From the human T2T-CHM13v2.0 reference genome, Homo sapiens, in assembly GCF_009914755.1 (NCBI RefSeq), contig NC_060928.1: 64,000 bases of DNA. One strand, 5' to 3'. The position numbers and the translations under genes were made by a program. The notes under the pieces are model-generated. The model ran no database searches and was not told the origin of the DNA. It saw nothing but the letters and a program-made list of their open reading frames with translations. Of the stretch, positions 52,736 to 64,000 are shown one piece after another (positions within the stretch are counted from its first letter, which is position 1; the number at the start of each line of letters is the position of its first letter).

Positions 52736-53242
52736 GAAACCTGTGTCCACTATCATCCCTGTCAGGTTGGGATACGTGGGGACTTTCAGAGAAAATAACC
52801 AAATATCCACCATTAAAACTCCAGGTTGATTTTCTTTTCCTAAGCCATTTTTAATCAGGCCCCAAATGTGAAGTTTTGAAGAAAACAGTATTATTAAAAA
52901 GGAAAATCAGGTTGAGTTGGGTGAAGGTTAGGGTTAAGGTTTGTGAAATTTAGACACCACACATTTCAGTTAAATGATACATTGATCCATGTCCCAAACT
53001 GTACTGAAATCTGCTCAAAGTCCGATTTGTCAAGTTTATCGGCCACCATTTGGATTCAAGATGACAGACTGAGTTATAAATCCAATTCAAGGTGGGACTT
53101 ACACGGTGCAGTGTACCAAATTTTATCAAAATCAGTCAGCTTCTTTAAGAGTCGAACAGGGCATAGACCAAAAAGGCAGTTAAAAGGAAAATGTCACATT
53201 AACTAGTTGAAGCAAGAATCATGCTCAGATCCATCATTTGTG

Positions 53243-53640
53243 CATCAATTCATTCAACAAATATTTATTAAGCAACTACTCTATACCAGGCAGCGCAGTA
53301 CAAGCTGGGGATACGGTAAATCACAAGGCAGACGATAGAGCTTATATTATGGTGGGAGGAGGTGTGAGGGGAATAATTAAAGCTAGCAAAAACAGAGACT
53401 AGAGCCAGCATGGGAATAAAAAGGGGGTCGCGATAGACAAAAATGGAGATAGCCCACTTTAGACAGGGCTCACAGGGATGCTTTCTCTGAAGGGAGGTAT
53501 TTAGGTTCAGGTGGAAGAGTGAGATGAAAGCAGCCCTATAAAGAGAGCAAACCCAGACTCCTAAGTGGGAACTGTCATGGTCTTGGACAAACAGGGGGTC
53601 CAAGGGTGAAGAGGAAAGGCAGAACAGGCCCACAGTGACT
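53243..53640 (-). mobile_element. L2 fragment
   Basis: ttcattcaacaaatatttattaagca start; boundaries approximate. Confidence 0.65.
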
Positions 53641-55762
53641 TGCCATACCAAATGGTTACTAGTGATATTGTGGGTAACATTGTCAGAAATCATTTGCGTG
53701 GATTGTGCAAGACGGCAGACATTGCACCAAGAAAAAAAAAAAAATACTGCACACTTTTATTTCCTGTCATGCCTTTCCATTCACACATTAAAGAACACCT
53801 AACAGCCCATACATTTTACTTTCCTTTGGGAAATTATCATTAAAGATTATCATCAACATCATTAAGGAACTTTGAAGTGTGATACATAGTTTCTAATGCA
53901 TTTAGCACACATAAGCATATACGGTTCCCACCACAGGCAGGACAAGAGCCTTCCATCAAACAAGTGAACTCCGAAAACAATCAGGTATTTACCGCAAGTC
54001 CTATGGAGCAAATGATACTTCGGCAATTCAGCCCTGTAGGGGGTGAAGAGGAGGGCTTGCCAAAGCGGTCAGCTCTTCATGAAAGCCTGTCACGTCAAGG
54101 ACAAATCCAATCAGTTCCATTGATAGGTCAATCTTCAGGCAGTCAAAAGAATATGCCCAACTGAATAAAGCATCCTTCCATTTCCCAGTCACCCGAAAAG
54201 TTGTAAATTTTATGAAATTCCAGTCCTAAAGTTTTAAGCCGTTTTTGAGCCATTTGGAAAATAAAACGAATTGCAAGAGAGTTTCCCTAACTAGCTCACT
54301 GATCTTTCCGTTGTCATGTCAGGATAAAAGAATTCACCATTTGACTAAAGGTCAATGTTCTAGAAATATTTATGGGTGCCTAAAAAAGGAAGACTATTAG
54401 GGAAATACTTATTCATTACCTTCATTACTATATGGTTAGCTGCACGAAGTACCAGACATACCTACACGATGAACTTACCTACCTTTCCGTGATCACGTAT
54501 CCATTTGTTATGTGTTGTATTTGTAGGTTAGGGGTCCTTCTCATGGTGAGGTTAAGGATACCCCTTTCAAGGAAAATGACTAAATGTTGGTTATATTTTA
54601 CATTGTGCATGATTTTAATTCTCTGCAAGTAATGTTTGATGGATAAGTCTAAAATAAAATGGTCAAATGGCCTAACCTTTTAGCAATAAAATCGTGTGCA
54701 ATAAAAATGCTGGAGGGCACCAGTTACTGAACTGTCATGGACTGGAGAATTATTAGACCCCATAATTCTGTACTGCAAAGCCAAATTTGTAGATTTTTTT
54801 TCACGTGAAAAAAAAATCTAGGAAATTAAATGGAAAGACCTGTAGTAATGAAATATTAAATGCAATTTCAAGTGCACAAAAAGGTCAGAAGCCAAGGGGG
54901 AAAAAAGAAAGATTTCTAGAACAACATTAATTTTATCACACTTTGAGTATGCCTAGGCTTAAATACCCCTAAAAGCCAACCCAGCCCAGAGTGGGGCAGC
55001 GGGGTAGGGGATCAGGGAGGAAGCTAGAAAGGAGGTGCCCAGAAATAGGCACAAGTAGAAGCCAAAAGTAATACATAAATAAATAAATAGAAAATATTTC
55101 ACTTGTTTTCAATTTCCAAAGTTGACGTTGTATTGCATAAATATGCATCAACCCCAGCAGAAAGGCATAAAAGCAAAATTCCTGGACTCCAACTACGGCG
55201 TGTCAGTTATACTGAAGTTCAGCCTGATTCTCGGTTCCTGTTTTTAAATTCACTATAATTGAGTTTCAATCCTGGCCAAAGAGAGCACATATCATAGGAT
55301 GGTTTCGTGGGCATTTGGAGTCCGTGAGTTGAGATGTGTCTGTGTGAAAAGTGTTACTGTCATTACAAGAAATCACTGAAAAAATGTAGCGTCGATTTCA
55401 GGATACAGCAGTGAAACTTCATGTCAGTAATAGGTATGTAATAAGTGGGGGATCCAGAGAAACTTTAAAAGCAATATTTTAAACTGAAAATTATTGTGTG
55501 ACTAAAAGGGTCAAATGCTGACATCAGGACACCTTGAATTTGGGGATGACATATTGTTTCTGTGGAATATTGTTCACAGTTGCATGCAGGGAAAACCTTT
55601 ATTTTAATACCTAGCTAACTCTCCAGGTCCATTACTCACACAGAATGTACAATCTTTCTTTGAATATGCCACAGAAATAAGATAATCTGTAATTTACGAT
55701 TGCTTCAGCTTTACAACCTAAACAACACATGATGAAATCTTGTTCTTTAAAATACTAATCTG

Positions 55763-56069
<307 letters not shown>

Positions 56070-56931
56070 AAAATACCAATCTGTGTAGTTGTAATGTAGG
56101 ATAGCAGAAAGAAAGATTTATATTTATAGCCAATTTTTACTTATCTTTACCTATTTATAAACTGTGCTACAACTTCAATAACCATGGTTAAAAAAAAAAC
56201 ATCATTCCTAACCACACTGCCTTTGACTGTAAAAACAATTTCACCGTAACGGATAACACTAAAATACTCCAAGAATAATCTATAAATGAATCCTGGATTA
56301 CTAGTCAAAAGATGGTGGTTATAAATGATTTCATGAAAGAGTTGATGTTACTTTGAAAATCTTAGAGTCTGTCTATGGATTTTTGTATTTTATATGTAAC
56401 ATTTTTATGAAGTGATTTTGCCCTTACATAATAGCTTTCATCTTCAAAGCACTTCACAAATATGAACTAGTTACATAAAAAGCTATATTACTGCAAAATC
56501 AGAAAATGGGAAAGCTGAAGTTCTCTTAGCAACCCTCACTCTCACACATTCTATATGACTAATCTATAGCAAAGATTAGGTTTCTTAAAAACATGTTTAA
56601 TTATCAATACTGCTTTTACAAAAACATCTAAAGGGTTAATGGAGTTTTATTATACCAGGCAGTCCTTACTATTCATAAAAATCTGCTTTTGATGCAATTT
56701 GTTAAGTTTGAGAAAAATTAGACTTGTATTGTGGTAAATCTTCTTTGTCCCCTTCTATTTCATGAAATCTGTTAAATATCAAGAAAAAGGTTATTCAACA
56801 AAGCTTTATCATATTAAAATTGAAAAGAAAACTTACATACGCATCAATAAGACATGATTAAATAAATTATCGCATGTCTATATGATATAATAATATCAAA
56901 TATAATACAGCCATTAATAATTATGTTTTTG

Positions 56932-57284
56932 AAGTTGATACCATGGATGTAGAGAGTAGAATAACAAATACCAGAGGCTGGAAAGGGTGTATGGGTTGGA
57001 GGAGGTGATAAAGAGAGGTTGGTTAATAGGTAGAAACATACAATTAGACAGATGGTATAAGTTCTAACGTTGGATAGCAGAGTAGGGTGACTATAGTTAG
57101 CAACAATGCATTGTATATTTCAAAGTAGCTAAAAGAGAGAACATGAAATGTTCCCAACACATAGAAATTAGATAAACAGGCAAATAAGTCAAATACTGAT
57201 CATTATACGTTCTATGCATGTAACAAAATATCACATGTACCTCATAAATATGTAAAATATTATATATCAATATAAAAATAAAAT
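56932..57284 (+). mobile_element. L1MA-like 3' end
   Basis: gtagagagtagaa...taccagaggctgg...gtagggtgactatagtta; TSD aataattatgtttttg (56916-56931) / aataattaggtttttg (57285-57300). Confidence 0.82.
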
Positions 57285-57289
57285 AATAA

Positions 57290-57784
<495 letters not shown>

Positions 57785-57869
57785 TATTATTTAAATCCTT
57801 AACAATAAAATATATAGTTTTTTTTTTAATCATGGGACATTAATGTTATTTAAAGGGAAACAAAATCAT

Positions 57870-59060
57870 AAATCTTGCCCTTTAAGATCTCTTTGAGAGC
57901 TGAGAGCACAGTACATGGGAGTAACTCAAGGTGGAAATTCAGGGTAGAAGGAAGAAAACCTTTAAGTGTGTCTTAAAGAAAGGCAGTATTCACTAATAAA
58001 GAGAGCAGTCTAGACAGAGGGAATCACATATGCAGAGGCACAGAAGCAGGAGGCACGAGAAACAACAGAGAGCTTGAAGAGCTTCACTGGAGCAAAGAAT
58101 ACGATCAGGAATCAAAGAAGATGATCATGGAGATGGCACATGCCAGATTATGGAAGACCTTGATTACTGTAGGAAAGAGTCCAGCCTCATCCTTTTTGGA
58201 TGATGTGTAGATCATACTGGGAAAGGAGGCATGGAGAGGTTAGATCAAGAAAGTAGTAAAATTAGCGGAGTCATTTAGCTTGCTCTGACTTCAACAAGCA
58301 GAGGATTGGAGGGAAGACAAGACGAGAGTCAGTGATACCAGTTAGGAGATTCTGACGGGTTTAACCCAGGGAGGATCCATGGAAACAGAAAGAAAAAAAG
58401 TTCCAGAGATAGTTAAGAAACAGAATCGACATGTCTTAATGGCCAGTTACACAGAGGTGAATGAGAAGAGCGTCTAAAGCCCTTCCCAGGTTTCTAGACT
58501 GGGTAATTGACTGGACAGTGGTGTCGTTACCTAAATCAAGTGGATCTGGGCAAAAAGCCAGTGATTTGAGATGTGTAGAATTAAAGATGATTATAAATAA
58601 ACAGCAGGCTGCATGGATTAGTAAGCAAGTCATAAGTGAAGGGTAGAAGAAGAGATTTGAAAACACTCAGCATGTAGCTGTGTGATTTAAAAAAAAAAAA
58701 AAAAGGAATGGATGGAATCACCATAGAAGATTGGGCTAAATGAGGAAGGAGCTCTGACAATTGGGAGACATCAACATTTGGAGGCAGACACACAGAGCCT
58801 GAAGAGGAAACAGAGACAGAATGGTCAGCCAGAGAGGTCATGGGAGCTGAGGAGCAGAGGCTTTCAAGAAGGGAGTGATCTCAGTTGTGAAATACTACAG
58901 AGATCAGGTAAGATACGGGCCAAAATGTGTCATTTAGGCTTCACAGTACAAATCCTCATTGACCATTGCTGGAGCAGTTTCAGTGGGTAGCATGAACAGG
59001 AGCTTATGGATAATTCAGATTTAAGGAGAGTGTGGCAACTCTTTCCACAAACTTAACCAT
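57870..59060 (-). mobile_element. Degraded L2 fragment(s)
   Basis: Purine-rich antisense L2 motifs (gccagattatggaagaccttg, accagttaggag, caggtttctagactgggtaattg, gcagtttcagtgg); boundaries approximate. Confidence 0.55.
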
Positions 59061-60425
59061 GAACTGGGAAAGAAAGCACCAAAATTAGAAGTAAACACAG
59101 GACCACAAAAGAAAGGCACTGATTGTTTATTAAAAGGTAACTAGCTGCAACTGCAGTAATGATTACCCAAGAAATGAAGTCATTGTTTTTCACCTAATAA
59201 AAATATAGTCGTCCAGCTACAAAACCAAGATATGACAATACATGTCCAAATGCTTGCTCTTAAGACATCAGCATTATCTAGCTAAAACTCATGTTCACAA
59301 AGTGTTTTGCTAGCACAAAAAAATCCTACAATCTCATTTCCAAAGTCTCACCTTAAACTGTGGTGTTACTCAAGTAATTGAAAGAGTTGACCAATATAAA
59401 GAATAAAGTTTATAGCTACAAATAACGTGGTACCAGGAATGAATTAATTGTTGTCTAGATTATCTGCTGAATAGCCAAGATGTTTTAAATTAGCTATACA
59501 ACTCTTTCATCATTAGGTAGACCTGAGGTTGATTAGATAAAAATCCACTTTTATAGTACAAAGTAGTTGAAGAAGTTTAGAAAGAAATTTAAGAAACTTC
59601 ATTTGTGTTGTGGTTCTCATTGGACTACCCAACTTAATGTTAGGAACTTCAATCCATATTGAGATAAAAGTCTATATCATTCTTTCCTTCCACTCACCTA
59701 GAAATATCAAATTCATTATATGTATTGGAATCCACAAAAACATTTATTATTTCTAACCCAATAAATCTGCTTTTAGGAATTTATTACATAATAGGAGAAA
59801 ATGCTATATGAACAAAAATATTCAGTCGGACATTATAAGAACAAAAACTTAGAGAAAACCTAAAAATTCAACAATGGAGAAAAAACTACATGAATTGTAG
59901 ACATTAACTTAATGAAATAATGTACAGTCACTAATTGCATGAAACAAAGCTGAATAAAATTGTTCACTTTGACTGCAATCATTTAATTATAAATTATACG
60001 TACAAACCAAAAAATTCTTAAAGATAACTCAAACTTGGGGGAAAATAAAGCTGTGTTGCAAGAATGAAGGAATAAGAATTGTTTGGGTTTCTTATTTCAA
60101 ATTTTCCCTTAATGTTCTTATAAGAACTTTCAGAACTTAAAAGGCAGGAAGTAAGGGAGGGAGGAGGGAGAACAACTGGGGACCAAAACCAATGGAAAGG
60201 AAACTGCTACGTAAGAAAAAAAGAATTCTGAAATGTATCTAGACATGTTTGTAGACTATTTGTAGACTGTGACTCATCTGTAGGCTCGGAAGCCCTGTTT
60301 AGAACTGATACAAGGTTAAATGTAGTTATCCATTTGCAAGTATGACTCATTAAAATGATACTGACAGGTACCTTGTTCTCTATACAGTCAGTGTCTGTAA
60401 ATATTTTTTAAGAAATACTTTTTTC

Positions 60426-63400
60426 CAAAGGCAGCAGCACCAGTCAGGGGCTTATAGATAAAACTCCCATCTCCCTGGGACAGAGCACCTGGGGGAAGGG
60501 GTGGTTGTGGACGCAGCTTCGGCAGACTTAAACGTTCCTGCTGCTGGCTCTGAAGAGAGCAGCAGATCTCCCAGCACAGTGCTTGAGCTCTGCTAAGGGA
60601 CAGACTGCCTCCTCAAGTGGGTCCCTGACCCCCATGCCTCCTGACAGGGAGATACCTCCCAGCAGGGGTTGATAGACACCTCATACAGGAGAGCTCCAGC
60701 TGGCTGACTCTCTGGGAAGAAGCTTCCAGAGGAAGGAACGGGCAGCAATCTTTGCTATTCTGCAGCCTCAGCTGGTGATACCCACGCAAACAGGGTCTGG
60801 AGTGGACCTCCAGCAAACTTCAGCAGACCTGCAGCAGAGGGGCCTATTAGAAGGAAAACTAGCAAACAGAAAGGAATAGCATCAACATCAACAGAAAGAA
60901 CATCCACATAGAAAGCCCATCTGAACATCACCAATATCAAAGACCAAAGGTAGATAAATCCACAAAGGTGAGGAAAAACCAGCACAAAAAGGCTGACAAT
61001 TCCGGAAACCAAAATGCCTCTTCTCCTTCGAAGGATCAAAACTCCTCGCCAGCAAGGGAAAAAAGCTGGACGGAGAATGAGTTTGACCAATTGACAGAAG
61101 TAGGTTTCAGAAGGTAGGTAATAACAAACTCCTCCGAGCTAAAGGAGCATGTTCTAACCCAATGCAAGGAAGCTAAGAACCTTGAAAAAAGGATAGAGGA
61201 ATCACTAACTAGAATAACCAGTTTAGAGAAGAACATAAATGACCTGATGGAGCTGAAAAACACATCACGAGAACTTTGTGAAGCATACACAAGTATCAAT
61301 AGCCGAATCAATCAGGCAGAAGAAAGGATATCAGAGATTGAAGATTAACTTAATGAAATAAAGTGTGAAGACAAGACTAGAGAAAAAACAATGAAAAAGA
61401 ATGTACAAAGCCTCCAAGAAATATGGGACTATGTGAAAAGACCAAACCTACATTTGATTGTTGTACCTGAAAGTGATGGGGAGAATGCAACCAAGTTGGA
61501 AAACACTCTTCCAGATATTATCCAGGGGAACTTCCCAAACTAGCAAGACAAGCCAACATTCAAATTCAGGAAATATAGAGAACGCCACAAAGATACTTCT
61601 CGAGAAGAGCAACCCCAAGCCACATAATCTTCAGATTCACCAAGGTTGAAATGAAGGAAAAAATGTTAAGGGCAGCCAGAGGAAAAGGTCAGGTTACCCA
61701 CAAATAGAAGCCCATCAGACTAACAGTGGATCCCTCTGTTAGTTGCAGAAACCCTACAAACCAGAAGAGAGTGGGGGCCAATATTCAACATTCTTAAAGA
61801 AAAGAATTTTCAACCCAGAATTTCATATCCAGCCAAACTAAGCTTCATAAGTGAAGGAGAAATAAAATCCTTTACAGACAAGCAAATGCTGAGAGATTTT
61901 GTCACCACCAGGTCTGCCTTACAAGAGCTCATGAAGGAAGCACTAAATATGGAGAGGAAAAACCGATACCAGCCACTGCAAAAACATACCAAATTGTAAA
62001 GACCATTGATGCTAGGAAAAAACTGCATCAACTAACAGGCAAAATAACCAGCTAACATCATAATGACAGGATCAAATTCACACATAACAATATTAACCTT
62101 AAATGTAAATGGGCTAAATGCCCCAATTAAAAGACACAGACTGGCAAATTGGATAGAGTCAAGACCTATCAATGTGCTGTATTCAGGAGACCCATCTCAC
62201 ATGCAAAGACACACATAGGCTCAAAATAAACGGATGGAGGAATATTTACCAAGCAAATGGAAAGCAAAAAAAAAAAAAAAAAAAGCAAGGGTTGCAATCC
62301 TAGTCTCTGATAAAACAGACTTTAAACCAAAAAAGGTCAAAAAAGACAAAGAAGAGCATTACATAATGGTAAAGGGATCAATGCAACAAGAAGAGCTAAC
62401 TATCCTAAATATATATGCACCCAATACAGGAGCACCCAGATTCACAAAGCAAGCTCTTAGAGAGCTATAAAGAGACTTAGACTCCCACACAATAATAGTG
62501 GGAGACTTTAACACCCCATTGTCAATATTAGACAGATCAACGAGACAGAAAATTAACAAGGATATTCAGGACTTGAACTCAGCTCTGGACCAAGCAGACC
62601 TAATAGACATTTACAGAATTCTCCACCCTAAATCAACAGAATATACATTCTTCTCAGCACCACATAGCACTTATTCTACAATTGACCACATAATTGGAAG
62701 TACAACATGCCTCAGCAAATGCAAACAGAAATCATAACAAACAGTCTCTCAGACCACAGTGCAATCAAATTAGAACTCAGGATTAAGAAACTCACCGAAA
62801 ACTGCACAACTACATGGAAACTGAACAACCTGCTCCCAAATGACTACTGGGGGGTAAATAACAAAATTAAGGAAGAAATAAATACGTTATTTGAAACCAA
62901 TGAGAACAGAGACACAACGTACCAGAATCTCTGGGGCACCGCTAAAGCAGTGTTTAGAGGGAAATTTATAGCACTAAATGCCCACAGGAGAAAGCAGGAA
63001 AGATCTAAAATCGACACCCTAATATCACAATTGAAAGAACTAGAGAAGCAAGAGCAAACAAATTCAAAAGCTAGCAAAAGGCAAGAAATAACTAAGATCA
63101 GAGCAAAACTGAAGGAGACAGAGACACAAAAACCCCTTCAAAAACTCAATGAATCCAGGAGCTGGTTTTTTGAAAAGATTGACAAAATAGATAGACCACT
63201 AGCCAGACTAATAAAGAAGAAAAGAGAGAAGACTCAAATAGACACAATAAAAATGATAAAGAGGATATCACCACTGATCCCACAGAAATACAAACTACCA
63301 TCAGAGAATACTATAAACACCTCTACGCAAATAGACTAGAAAATCTGGAAAAAATGGATAAATTCTGGGACACATACACCCTCGCAAGACTAAACCAGGA

Positions 63401-64000
63401 AGAAGCCGAATCCCTGAATAAACCAATAACATGTTCTGAAATTGAGGCAGAAATTGATAGCCTACCAACCAAAAAAAGCCCAGGACCAGAAGGATTTACA
63501 GCCAAATTGTACCAGAGGTACACAGAGGAGCTGGTACCATTACTTCTGAAACTATTCCAAACAACAGAAAAAGAAGGACTCCTCCCTAACACATTTTATG
63601 AGGCAAGCATCATCCTGACACCAAAACCTGGCAGAGACACAACAAAAAAAGAAAATTTCAGGCCAATACCCCTGATGAACATCAGTGCGAAAATTCTCAA
63701 TAAAATGCTGGCAAATTGGATCCAGAAGCACATCAAAAAGCTTATCAACCATGATCAAGTCAGCTTCATCCCTGGGATGCAAGGCTGGTTCAACATATGC
63801 AAATCAATAAACATAATCCATCACATAAACAGAACCAATGAAAAAACCACATGATTATCTCAATAGATGCAGAAAAGGCCTTTGATAAAATTCAACACCC
63901 CTTCATGCTAAAAACTCTCAATACACTAGGTATTGACAGAATGTATCTCAAAATAATAAGAACTATTTATGACAAACCCACAGTCAATATCATACTGAAT
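60426..64000 (+). mobile_element. L1PA7/8-like LINE-1, starts inside 5' UTR, continues past window end; ORFs disrupted
   Basis: 5' UTR ccagtcaggggcttatagataaaactccc; ORF1 remnant 60968-61999 (start mutated to GTG, internal stop); ORF2 ATG at 62063 (MTGSNSHITILTLNVNGLN), [26 protein letters not shown] with frameshifts. Confidence 0.95.

Noticed and set aside
52926-52941. Interstitial telomeric repeat
   Set aside because: Only one perfect TTAGGG unit
60968-64000. L1PA ORF1/ORF2 as an active LINE-1
   Set aside because: ORF1 start mutated, in-frame stop, ORF2 frameshifts, 5' UTR truncated

Overview
Primate (human or great-ape-like) genomic DNA, dominated by interspersed repeats. It is intronic or intergenic, and I cannot name any intact protein-coding gene. 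It contains a two-LTR, internally deleted HERV-H provirus (968-5896, + strand, TSD CTGAA), a near-full-length L1PB1-type element (21446-27926, - strand), a large L1PA7/8-type element running off the right edge, about a dozen Alu/FLAM copies, several solo LTRs, small DNA transposons, L2/MIR relics and microsatellites. The best-supported unusual structures are both defined by target-site duplications visible in the sequence. The first is an Alu 5' fragment fused to the 5' end of the L1PB1 inside one TSD, a probable template-switch chimera. The second is a short L1PA 3' end carrying ~440 bp of older L1 DNA and a second poly(A) inside one TSD, a probable 3' transduction. Repeat-poor stretches hold candidate enhancer motif clusters and speculative minus-strand exons. 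I found no evidence for a new biological system. Subfamily names come from recalled consensus sequences and need RepeatMasker/Dfam confirmation.
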